Of a stretch of 64,000 nucleotides of DNA, positions 24,360-35,854 are shown in pieces (positions within the stretch are counted from its first letter, which is position 1; every line of letters begins with the position of its first letter). Origin of the DNA: Schmidtea nova (taxonomy: Eukaryota). Location: contig CM097884.1 of assembly GCA_044892505.1 (NCBI GenBank), positions 128,960,001 through 129,024,000 of the forward strand, given 5' to 3'. The notes under the pieces were generated by a model. That model searched no databases. It was not told the origin of the DNA and worked only from the letters and a program-made list of their open reading frames with translations. The position numbers were made by a program, and so were the translations under genes.

Positions 24360-26336
24360 AAAAAAATTGAGAAAATTGTTTGGTGTGTGTGCACCTAATG
24401 TTAAGAATACTGTGGTGAATGTTACTGATGTGCCATTGACGAGAAATGAGGAGGGTATTTTAAAGTTTGATCCGAATCATGTTATTAGAAATAGAATTGA
24501 TAAATTTAATCTTTTCCCAGATTTTGTTTTTTACTTAATCTAAAAATATGAATATTTATTTGAATTATTTAAAACACTTACTGAATGTTAATGTCAATGA
24601 TTATTTAACTAAGAAGAAAAAGCTAAATATTAATGAGGAAGAAAATTATTAATATATGTAAATTTGATAAAGGTAATGGTTTATCGTTCTTAATCATGAT
24701 GATTATATAAAGTTAGAAAAGGTAGTTATTTCCACAATTTGAAAAGATTGTCAGTTTTCGAAAGAATGACAAATTACCACCTTAAAAATATGAAACCATA
24801 TTAATATCTCTACTTCATGACTTAATTTTTAATAACAATGTATATATATAAGAATATTGTTAATTCACTTTAGCCTCGTGGATCCCAGCCTGCTAAATTA
24901 TATGATCTTTCAAAAGTACATAAAAATAATTTTTTAAGTAGTAAATTTAAAGATTGGAAATGGTGACTTTATGGTTTTGTTTGATGTGGTTAACATTTAT
25001 AGAAATGTTTCTTTAATAGAAACAAATGATATTTGTAGCAATTTATGGAGTGTTAACAGTTCACTTTATAATATTATTGATATTGCTGCTTTTCGTAAAC
25101 TTTTGACATTTGGTTTTCTAATGTCCATTTTATCTGTGATAATCAAAGGTATAAACAGATTGATGGTGTTGTCATGGGCTCACCTTCAGCTACTACAATG
25201 GCTACTATTTTCATATCAAGTTTTAAAAAGAAATTTGCAAATTGTAGTGTGAATTAACCTTTAGTATACAAACATTACGTTGATGATATTTTTCTTGTAT
25301 TTAAGAATAAAGAACACGTTGAAACTTTTTTTATTAATTTATATAAAAATATTAAATTTACTTTTGAAAAGAAAATTAATTCTAAAATATCATTTATTGA
25401 TTTGTTGATTGAAAAGAAAGATAAACATTTTGAAACCGAAATTTATAGGAAAACAACAAATACAAGAAAGCTTTTGTGATTTAAATATAAACGAAATATG
25501 ACATTGTCGTCAATTTATTGTAAATTTATAAATTGTATTGATTAATTACTTAATTTGCTACAGAAAAACGGATATCCAAAATGTTTCTTGAAACGAATGG
25601 TGAGAGAAACTGCTAATAAATGTATCAATAAGCTGAATGTGATTGATTACAAAATTTCACCTAATATTGAGCCTTTTAATTCCGTTCATAGTGTTCTTTT
25701 GATTGAAACAGGTAATGTTGTAATGGGATTGAATGATGGTGTTGATAGTAATACTAATGAAATAAAAATAATTTGAAAGATAGCATTGGTTCTGTAATAG
25801 TTTTACCGTTTTCTGAGGGTTTTGTAAATTTTAGAAAATTTATCATAAAACATATTGAAAATACTAATTTTAAAATAATTTCTAAGTCTTACAAAGTTCG
25901 GACATGTTCAATAATAAATTTGTGACGCCATTTGGTCTATATTCTGATCTCGTATATCGTTTTACTTGTAATAGGGGTAATGCCACATACATTGGAGAGG
26001 CTGTCCATCATCTGTTTCAAGAGCATGTTAGAAAGAGCAGAAAGAGTAATATTATTGAGCATAATAAGATATGCAAGAAAATAATTAATATTTTCAATTT
26101 CAAAATATTGTCTAGTGGTTTTAAAAATTAATATGAACGTGTGAAATGCGAGGATTTGATGATAAAATTATTTAATTCTAAAGTAAACATACAAAATGCA
26201 ATATCTACATCCATTTTGAGAGTTTTTAATTTATTTTAATAGGGTTAATAAAAGTTTTATTGGATTATGCACATGTGATTATATATTCAATAATAAACGC
26301 ATAAATTAGATCAATTTCTTTATTGAATTTGTTTAA
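24360..26336 (+). mobile_element. Long decayed Penelope-like element (family A): RT plus GIY-YIG endonuclease
   Basis: PAKLYDLSKVHK, VLFDVVNIY, DGVVMGSP, YKHYVDDIF (25267-25293), NGYPKCF, VYRFTC...TYIGE; 3' UTR stops at a TTAA just before the position of the hammerhead. Confidence 0.9.
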
Positions 26337-26429
26337 CCCTTTCGTGTAATACGTATTCCCACTTTTGTTTTGCCCTAACAAGACAGATGGGAATGCCTTT
26401 TCACGATATTTTGGAAGTATAGATTCCAG

Positions 26430-29400
26430 TTTTTTACACGAGTGAACGTTTGTGACGGTACCATCCGTCCAAACACTTGTACATCTTGCATTCGGCGGCT
26501 TACAGAATACCTTTTCTCCTCTATCATAACGACTTAGAATTTCGTCATTCTTGATTTCCACTTCTTGCATATCCTTCCAGTCGTATGTAAATTGTTGTCA
26601 CGAAGGCGCTTCAAAGTCGCCACTGGAGCTCATGTTGATCTAGTATGTCAAGGGTGTCCCCTTTCGTACGGGCCGCCATTCTCTTCATAGTCCTGTGGTT
26701 CCTCTCAACAATTCCGTTTCCCGATGGTCGGTAAGCGCATCAAAAAATACGACCAACACCCACTTTGCACATAATTCCTCTAATTGACGAGATCTAAATG
26801 AATCACCATTATCCATGAGCAACTGGCACGCAGGTCCGCGTTCTCTGAATATATGTTCATAGATTCTAGTAAAGGTCACAGCATCCTCGTTACAAATCTC
26901 TCTCCATATTGCGAATCTACTCGGTCCGCAGTCGATACACGTCAAATAACGCTTATTCTGGTAGTGAGTCACGTCTAACGCCAATCTGGTTTAATTACAC
27001 TTCACCGCAAAATTTCCATGTTTCCATCTTACAAGTGTTGGATCTATCGTTCGACACTTAATACAGTTTGATATCACACCTTGTACCGCTCCATGAGATA
27101 CGTTAGGAAGCAACTTCCTTACGAAATACAGAGTTCGATCCACTCTGAAGTTATGCGCCTCGTGGCAATTCTTTATTCTGTCGGATATCTATATAGTAGA
27201 ACAACTTACTTGTTTAACCCATGTACGCCAAGCTTTTTTAACTCTAGTTAAAACGTCGGCCTTGTTTTTCTCGGTCGGGACAAACTCCACTGTTATCTTT
27301 AAGTTGTATGCCAGTTGGAGTTCGCGAACAATTTGTAGACGCCTAAGAATTAGCATCTCAGAAGATCCGTGAGTTTTTACTCGATGACTATCTGTCAGCA
27401 ATGACCCCAGCCAACTTTGGACCGTCGCAGAATCTGATTTCACGATTATCAACGATAGATCCCACTTAATCTCGAGATTAATTCCTTTAATTACAGCATT
27501 GAGTTCAGCCACGTTTATATGCGCTGCGTCGTCTGTCTTTTTCAGCCAAGCGGCATCCTCCACGATCTCTCCGTTGATTTCGAGACAAACTCCAAGATTG
27601 CTTGCATCACACCATACAACTCCATCTTTTGTCGGTGAAACATGTCAAACTCCACAAACTAAATCATCTTTCTTAACGAGTTCGATAATTTCAGCTATTA
27701 TCATGGAAGCATAATCTCCAATTGTATCTTCCCACGTTGAACTGGTACTCTGGCGCTTAACATAACTACATGCAATCTGCAACCATCCAGCAACTGGGTA
27801 GTGACCGACCAGATGACCGCACAAGAAAAACAGCTCCCTCCTTGTCATCGCTTCGCATGGTCTCATCTCCCTTAATTACGTTTCTTCTCCTCCAATATCT
27901 GCCTTCCGTGCATCTAGAGATCTGTAATCCCAAAACTTTAGAAGTATCGAATTTTTCCGGAGTTTTAACTGCTAGCCCGTATCTTGCCAGATGACGCACA
28001 ACTTTGTCTAATTGTACTTTTGACTTATTGACAATGATATCGTCAATATAACTGTCGGTTGCCTCTTTAATGTCTTTACGTAATCTTAACACTCTTCGCA
28101 CTATGGCAGACATTATTTTTAGTGCTACATTGAGGCCGAAACCCAATCTTGTCAAAGCATATACCTTTCCTAAAAACCTGACTTTTTGAAAATCCCACAG
28201 ATCGGGATTTACATGTATTTGTAGATAGACTTTTCTCAGATCTAGCATCTCTACTTTCTCCCCGAATCTTCAACAACGCCGTAAAGATTCGTCGCAAGCT
28301 TCACTCTGACCCGTGTGGCTCATTACATATTTATTCAGTTCGCGATAGTTGAGTATTGGTCGTATTTTTCCTTTGTTAGACTGATTAACTGCCATTAATG
28401 GTAGTATACCATCAGAGTTTCCTTCATAAGGCGTTAACCAACCGTTTCTAATCCATTCTGTGATTTCCGCGTCGAATCCATTGCTTAACTCTGGCTTAAT
28501 TCCATAGTTGGCACATATATTACCAAGTTCAGGAGGTTGATTTTTCCATTTCCAGCTCACTGTTCAATTGCCGGAAAGGAAATCGGCTTGAAAGTCTTCA
28601 TCTCTAATTTCCAGAGAATCGGTATGTCGTTCGCCTGCCCTCAAGAAATCGGACTTTCTCCCCACGGTGCTGGCCAAAAGAAGCGATACTCCTTGCCTTG
28701 ATATATTCACCCGCCGAGCATTCCTATAACATCCATTCCCAAAATTGCACCAAAATCTCTTGGAAGGTTTTCCATCACCAGACAGACCACTCGCAGACTT
28801 GTCTTTCTAATAACGATGTTAACCTCGACGGTTCCCAAACTCTTGGCCAATGATCTATCAGCCACCAGCACACTCTCGCTCTTCCCATACGGTCCGCTGT
28901 CCAACGAGGACAAAATAATAGATTGGGTACAACCTGAATCTACTAAAGCTTTGGAAGTCCTTCCGTTGACAGTTACAACGACAGTCTGCAGCGCCATTAT
29001 TGCTTTTCCGGAGTAAACACTGCGCACGTGTTACTCCAATAGTGTTTCCAGTCTGTTTCTTTGGGCACGATCGCGAGATGTGGGCTTTATCACCACATAT
29101 CCAACATTGTTTGTTTTTTCGGAAACATGTATCTTCATTGTGCCCTTTCTTTCCACAAAACGAATACATTTGGTCATTAGGATTGGGAATTCTTTTTTCT
29201 TTTACTCCCAGCATACAACTTTGCTGAGAAACTACAATACTCAACATAGTTCGAGCTATCTATACGACCGCATCCATTGCCATTGTTTCAATGGTCGGAA
29301 TAGCCTGTAGTGACAGTGATATAGAAGCGGGAAGTCCAGTAACGAACGAACATCTAATAATGGCATCATTGACTCCAGATAACTTACCCAGAAATGTTAG

Positions 29401-29860
29401 TTTGACCAGATAAACATCGACAGACTCGTTGCTCCATGATCGATTCTTAAATTTTTTAAAGGCAAGAAACATTGACATAGAGAATGCTCTCTTCATTGCT
29501 GCTTCGGTCTTGATGAAACTTCCTCTGACTTCATCGCTGAGATGTTGATACACCGCATATGCGTCTCCTTTCATCAGTATCGACAGAAACATCTCCAGGT
29601 TCTCAATCTTTTGCATGAGAGCTATCGTTCTTACTTGGGAAAACCATATCGTCACATCAACCGTTTCATCAAATTTTTGAAAATATTTAATAACTTCCAT
29701 GAATTTAGCCACGAAAGCTTGTAGTCGAACGCACAAGATCACTTTATTTAATAGATTCAAAAAATAAACAATCACGTTTTTAACCTTGTATTAAACAAAC
29801 ATAATAATCAATTTTAACATAATAATCAATTATCTTATATTTGTGCCGTTTATTCTAACA
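26430..29860 (-). mobile_element. Ty3/gypsy LTR retrotransposon, 3'-truncated, frameshifted
   Basis: gag from ATG 29700, two CCHC knuckles (CSFCGKKGHNEDTC, CWICGDKAHISRSC), protease ALVDSGC, RT (LDLRKVYLQ, RLGFGL, YIDD), RNase H (IKSDS), integrase HHCC and ALDVTH/LLMDNG/ER core. Confidence 0.93.
29720..29860 (-). repeat. Putative 141-bp 5' LTR (TGTTAG...CTACA)
   Basis: TG...CA termini, AATAAA near the end, 19 nt upstream of the gag ATG; no partner LTR in the window. Confidence 0.55.
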
Positions 29861-30769
29861 GTGGGATTTTTTGTTATAAAACGATATTTAAAAATTTATA
29901 TTTCAATAAAGATTAAATATTGTTAAGGTTTACCATACAACCTTTGTGTATTTTGTAGTTTTGATGTATAAGTTAGAACACGTTAAAAATGACAGACCTT
30001 TGTTTAAATATCAATTAAAATACCTAACTCTCTGATGCATTTAAAATCAATTTTTCTTCTTTTATTTATCTAATTCATATTCAGCAACTCCTTATGACAA
30101 TATTAATATCAGACTCAGAGTCCGTACAAAAAGTGTTTTTTCGAGCGATGTAATCTGCTATCACTATTTTATCACTATTTTACAATTTCATAATTTTATT
30201 TTGATATCGTATTTTAAATTAAAATGTAACAATATTTTATTCAAGTTTCTTTTCCATAATAATTCGGATCATTTTGAGTCTAATGGAAATAAAATTATTT
30301 TGATTAGGTTTTTGGGTGATTTTGGAATTTTTAAGGACACTGGAATTTAATTATTAATGATGAGTTCCGATAGTTTTAAATGAAATCAATCCGTCATTAA
30401 TTATTAATAATTTAGCCGCCTAATTAAAAAATCTGACCCGGATATACGTAATCTGATGGTGAATAATGATTTGAATAGAAACAGATGTCTACCAAACAAA
30501 ACCGTTTTTATATTAATGAATAGCACTTGCATTTGAACCTTGTTGAAATAATTATAAAACTTCTGTGTTTCTAGGGTGCTTGTAATGGTCAACGGCCAAA
30601 CAAAGGGGGTTATTTTTCTTTATTTTACTCATTATGAAAGTGGTTTATTTATTTATAATTTATATAAGGTTTTGAGTCTTTTAATACTAATAGATTTGTG
30701 TCAAACAACTATTTGAAAGCTGAACATAAAACTAGGAACGCAGGGTATAAATTTGGTCTGAATGAAGAC

Positions 30770-31117
30770 TAGAGATAAAAACGTTTCCTAGAATTTTTCT
30801 TCATTCATTTGTCATGAAAATTACGTTGATCTGAGGTACCTATTGATTCTGATGAAAGTACTTTGTTAATTTCGGAAAGTGACAAAAATCGATCTAATCG
30901 CACTGAGCCGAAATATGTGTTGGTATTCCCTTATTTTGAGGGCTTCAGAGAATTTAAGCACAAAATTCTCAAACATGTAGGCAGGGATCAATTTAGGATT
31001 TTCCACGTCTTGCAAAGTTAGCAGTATGTTCACTAATAAATGTCCAACGCCATTTGGTTTGTGTTCTGAGCTCGTGTATCAATTTTCATGTAATGGGTGT
31101 AATGCCACATACATTGA
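30770..31117 (+). mobile_element. PLE fragment related to family A (RT thumb to start of GIY-YIG)
   Basis: FPRIFLHSFV...GIPYFEGF...TPFGLCSELVYQFSCNGCNATYI, nearly identical to the motif in the 42222-43046 ORF. Confidence 0.75.
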
Positions 31118-31207
31118 AGATATGAAATATTTCTTATCTTCAGCGCGGGACACAATGACATAAAATTCGAGATTGAATACCCGAAAGAAGACGGATCCCT
31201 CGAACTA

Positions 31208-32002
31208 TTGGATCTGAGCATAAAAATCAACTCAGACACACCAGCATATGGGTTCTACAGAAAATCAGCCCGCAAAGAAATATTTATGCACCAAAGATCA
31301 GAACTTCCTCATCTGCAGAAGGTAAACGTCATTAGAAATGAGAGACAAAGGATAGCTAATCGATGCACAAAGAAAGAGGACAATTCAGTACAGCAAAGAA
31401 TATTTACAGAAGTCCTGCATCGTAATGGATACCATAATATTAACGAAATCAACAAAATAAAATTCAACCAGAAAAGGCAGAAAGACCTACAAAAGGAAAA
31501 GAAATATTTCTACCTCCGAATTCCTTTCATCAGTGACCGAATAAATTTCATGATCATCAAAGAACTTAATCTCACTGGCCTTCCGATTCGTTTGGCACAT
31601 AGATCTAAGACATTAAGGAGAGCTCTAGCTAACAACACGAGAAAGGAAAATACATGTAAAATGGAAAATTGCCAAACACCAAAGAAATTATGCTTTCGCA
31701 AGAACATAATCTATAGCATCATGTGTAATAAATGCAAAGAAATTTACATCGGAAGCACCCTTCGGACTTTGCATCAGAGAATTAAAGAACATCTTGATCC
31801 TGGTGGAAAGTCATCTGTATATAGACATCTCCACCAATGTCATACAGAAAATAAGGAAAAATTAATATCAGTGAGAATATTGACAAATGAAAACGACGAG
31901 AAAAATCTCAGACTTAAAGAAGCTATTCTCATTAGAGACAAACACCGAAAAATTAACTCTAAAGAGGAAGTAAGCGAAATCGCCCACTTGTTATCTTGTT
32001 AA
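31208..32002 (+). CDS. PLE ORF fragment: RT thumb, Cys-rich linker, GIY-YIG endonuclease
   Basis: LLDLSI...FYRK...HLQKVNVIRNE...NGY...LRIPFI...CKMENC...C...NIIYSIMCNKCKEIYIGSTLRTLHQRIKEH...RLKEAILI...INSKEE; 5'-truncated, no real start codon. Confidence 0.88.
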   Translation: MDLSIKINSDTPAYGFYRKSARKEIFMHQRSELPHLQKVNVIRNERQRIANRCTKKEDNSVQQRIFTEVLHRNGYHNINEINKIKFNQKRQKDLQKEKKYFYLRIPFISDRINFMIIKELNLTGLPIRLAHRSKTLRRALANNTRKENTCKMENCQTPKKLCFRKNIIYSIMCNKCKEIYIGSTLRTLHQRIKEHLDPGGKSSVYRHLHQCHTENKEKLISVRILTNENDEKNLRLKEAILIRDKHRKINSKEEVSEIAHLLSC

Positions 32003-32436
32003 AAAATGTGGTTCTACGAAGACGAAAGTATAAAAGTAAAAGGAAGATATAAAAAAAGAAGAAAGAAAAGTGATAGTACAGAGAATTTATGGACATTTCA
32101 AAGAGATATAATTAAATTTTAAAATTCAAAAAATAAAATTCAAATATAAAAGGTTGGAAAATTAAAAGTGTAGAATAGAGACAATGGAAAAATTTAAAAA
32201 TTTTTAATTTTTAAAAAAAGGATAAATTTATTTATTCTGAAAAAAATTTAGAAAAAATTTTTAATAATTTTTAGAGTATTTGTTTTATATTTTTAAATTT
32301 TTAACAAAAAACATTTAAAAACAATTAAGAATTTAAAAAATTTATATTAATCAGATTAACATCCAATGAAAAGGAAGAGAAATCACGAAAAAAGAAACAA
32401 CAGAATGAATGAAGATACCAGTTATTTGCCGAATTA

Positions 32437-32475
32437 GAGATTGACGAGGATTATTTGATAATCGAAAATTTTCTC
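32437..32475 (+). ncRNA. Minimal type I hammerhead, U3-G8 variant (family B)
   Basis: GAGA UUGACGA G GAUUAU UUG AUAAUC GAAA AU UU^ UCUC: 4-bp stem I, 6-bp stem II, palindromic stem III AAUU. Confidence 0.75.
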
Positions 32476-32649
32476 ACTTAATAAAATTATTTTTGCAGTN
32501 NNNNNNNNNNNNNNNNNNNNNNNNNNNNNNNNNNNNNNNNNNNNNNNNNNNNNNNNNNNNNNNNNNNNNNNNNNNNNNNNNNNNNNNNNNNNNNNNNNNN
32601 NNNNNNNNNNNNNNNNNNNNNNNNNNNNNNNNNNNNNNNNNNNNNNNNN

Positions 32650-32853
32650 ACTATAGATCAAAATTTTTTTTTTATAAACAATAACACAATATTTCGGCAC
32701 AGCCTTTATCAAGTGTGTATATACACACTTGATAAAGGCTGTGCCGAAATATTGTGTTATTGTTTATAAAAAAAAATTTTGATCTATAGTCATTATGAGA
32801 ATTATTGATAATAATAATAAAAAAAGATCAAAGGTGAAAAAAGATAATTATGA

Positions 32854-32886
<33 letters not shown>

Positions 32887-33088
32887 CATAATTATCTTTT
32901 TTCACCTTTGATCTTTTTTATTATTATTATCAATAATTCTCATAATGACTATAGATCAAAATTTTTTTTTATAAACAATAACACAATATTTCGGCACAGC
33001 CTTTATCAAGTGAAATACACACTTGATAAAGGCTGTGCCGAAATATTGTGTTATTGTTTATAAAAAAAAATTTTGATCTATAGTCATT
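32650..33088. repeat. Alternating inverted array of the family D hammerhead module (-,+,-,+), flanked by gaps
   Basis: Head-to-head centres at 32720/32721 and ~33012; tail-to-tail join via ~(ATT)10 at ~32855-32885. Confidence 0.95.
32725..32757 (+). ncRNA. Minimal type I hammerhead, U3-A8 variant (family D); further copies at 33019-33051 (+), 32684-32716 (-), 32981-33012 (-)
   Basis: ACAC UUGAUAA A GGC UGU GCC GAAA UA UU^ GUGU: 4-bp stem I, 3-bp GC stem II, palindromic stem III AUAU. Confidence 0.75.
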
Positions 33089-35633
33089 NNNNNNNNNNNN
33101 NNNNNNNNNNNNNNNNNNNNNNNNNNNNNNNNNNNNNNNNNNNNNNNNNNNNNNNNNNNNNNNNNNNNNNNNNNNNNNNNNNNNNNNNNNNNNNNNNNNN
33201 NNNNNNNNNNNNNNNNNNNNNNNNNNNNNNNNNNNNNNNNNNNNNNNNNNNNNNNNNNNNNNNNNNNNNNNNNNNNNNNNNNNNNNNNNNNNNNNNNNNN
33301 NNNNNNNNNNTTTTTGCTAAATCTTTAACATTTTATTTCCAAATTTTATAACAACATGTTTAACAGAAAAAACTTTTTTTAAATTTGTAGAGTACAAAAA
33401 TTTTCCCACTTTACGAAACAATGAGAACATTCTAAAGTGTATATATGACAAATTATATATAGTTTTATTGCAAATTTAATTCTATACACGTAACAATTAA
33501 AAAATGGAAATCTGAATAACAAATCTTTTGGACAAATCTTTTTCGGATTAAATTCGATTAGCCAATAAAATGACTTTGTTTAATCTTGTCCAACGAAATG
33601 TATTCCTAATGAAACTCATACAATTGACTGGAAATCTATTAATTTGTTTACAAATGTCAATACCGGAACTTATTGCATTTTTAGCTGGTAAATTTATCAA
33701 ATTTTCTTATTCCAAAACGAAAACTGAATAATTGAATAACTAGGAATGTTGAAAAATTTCAAAATTAATGTTTTTGCAATAATTTATTTATGTTCATCTC
33801 AGTGGTAATACCATTAAAAACTTATATCTTTTTCACCTTTGATCTTTATTATATTTCATTTATTTTCATTTTATCAGACAATAAATAAAAAATATTTTTC
33901 CTCCCTTTCAAAGACAAATTTTCGACACTGCCTGTTCTCAAAAAGACAGTTTTAAAAATTTGTGAGGAATAAAAGAAAAAAACATTGATATATTGCCTGA
34001 AAAAATTGATAATAAATAGATGATTTTCAATTAGATAAAAGTTTGATTTAAAGCGGCTTTTCCCAAAATTAGTAGCCATCATTAGGAATATATTGAGCTA
34101 TTGTCATCTAACTTTTATTTTTAATCAATCTTGACAAAAAGCATTAAAATTTGTGACAAATTATTTATATCTTTATTACCAGGGGATTAAAATCTGCGTA
34201 AATAACCAACCCAAGGTCTTATTTAATTCGTCATTTTAAATTGATATAAACATTTAAAAATATTTTTAACGTACTTACTCGTAATTGACTTTCTATAAAT
34301 CTACCACAATTCTTTAATGTCTATTTTCTTCAACTTTTAGTTGTATTTACACTCAATATAAAACTGTCATTTCTGATTAAATTATCAATTATAAACCTCA
34401 TTATGTATCGTTTTAATTTTGCAAAGATTAATTAAATATTGTTCAATTTTTAAAAAAAATGTTAATATGTTAATTTTAATAAATTTCATTTAAATACTTT
34501 ACTAATTATAGACTATTAATTAAAATTAATTAATTTTGATTAGCTTCATTTTTAATTTCTACTATGAAAAATAATAATAAGATATTTAAAACAAATACTT
34601 AAGAAAAATTTTGTCGAAAAATCGTCTTAAATGATTAAGATGTCACATAAAAAATAAAATTGCTTTAGTAATTGTTAAAAAGAATATATTTTATACAGCT
34701 TTTAATTAACAGTTTTTGTCATTCTAATAATTTCGTATATAGTTTATTCATTTCTCAATGGAATTTTCATACTAAAAGGCTGTACCGTTAGTTTATATTC
34801 GAAGAAAAATTATATCAACAATTGTAAGTCGTTAATGGTAAAAATACATTGAATACCCAATATAAACAGCGATATAGTCTTTAAAAAATACTGGAAAGTT
34901 TTTACCAGAAGTATGACGATAAAAGCAGTGTAGATGCAAAATAGTCTTAAGATGATTTTTAGAAAAAAACATATATTCATCAGAAAGATGCTATATATAT
35001 ATTTGTCTTCTGCATGAACCTTATTACGTCACACGGTCTTTTCATAATCTTTGATTTACAGCGTTTGTTCCGCATAACTTTTAGATGTAAATACAGGACC
35101 CATATGATGGTCGTTTAACGTATTCAGGCACTCGGAACTTCGTCCACGGTTCGCGCGATCAAAATATTTTTGTACTCACTACTTTTTATAATATTTATAT
35201 TCAAGAGTACTATAAAAATCTCACCAACTTTATCGTAAATGTTCACATCATCTATATTCTTACTAAAATAGATAAAATGAATTATTAATTAATATAAACA
35301 GGAAATATTTAATTTGAAGGATAAAATAGATTATCATAAATAGTAACAGAATTTAAGAGAAAAAAAAAGTGGTATAATTTGGTTTCTTATATTCAGCTTT
35401 TTAGTTTATTATGCAGGCTAGGATGAATGATCTTTTTATATTTCAATACAATTAATANNNNNNNNNNNNNNNNNNNNNNNNNNNNNNNNNNNNNNNNNNN
35501 NNNNNNNNNNNNNNNNNNNNNNNNNNNNNNNNNNNNNNNNNNNNNNNNNNNNNNNNNNNNNNNNNNNNNNNNNNNNNNNNNNNNNNNNNNNNNNNNNNNN
35601 NNNNNNNNNNNNNNNNNNNNNNNNNNNNNAAAT

Positions 35634-35854
35634 TGTTAAGTTTGTTTCAATATCGAGGATGGCTGTTTATTGTGTGATTGACTTATAGTAAAATGCTTTT
35701 TTATTATATTTGTGTCGATAATGAATGAGAGTTGTGTGAGGTAGATACTGAAGAGCCCGAGAGAGTCACCAATTTATGTTGGGACACTCGGGGTGCTTGC
35801 TATGTATTTGTGTGTTTGCGTGCTTTCGTGCGTAGATGAATGTGTTTAATAACA
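35634..35854 (-). mobile_element. Probable solo LTR (221 bp)
   Basis: TGTTA...TAACA inverted termini, higher GC than the flanks, AATAAA signals on the minus strand; TSD not confirmed (gap 4 nt away). Confidence 0.5.

Larger units (their letters stand above)
31117..32499 (+). mobile_element. 5'-truncated Penelope-like element (family B) with 3' UTR and hammerhead
   Basis: RT C-terminus plus GIY-YIG ORF, then a 3' UTR also found inverted at 49332-49688. Confidence 0.9.

Noticed and set aside
26333-26430. piggyBac-like termini TTAA|CCC (also 22871-22877, 23651-23657, 55215-55221, ~6388)
   Set aside because: No matching opposite TIR or piggyBac transposase in the window; the motif is short. The 26333 site is the most suggestive because it truncates the PLE.
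27499-29724. Plus-strand ORFs overlapping the gypsy element (and similar antisense ORFs over the PLE copies)
   Set aside because: They are shadow frames of GC-richer coding DNA on the opposite strand.
30845-30900. Other CTGANGA hits (also ~58-65 on the minus strand and ~35748)
   Set aside because: No correctly spaced GAAA or no pairing stems.
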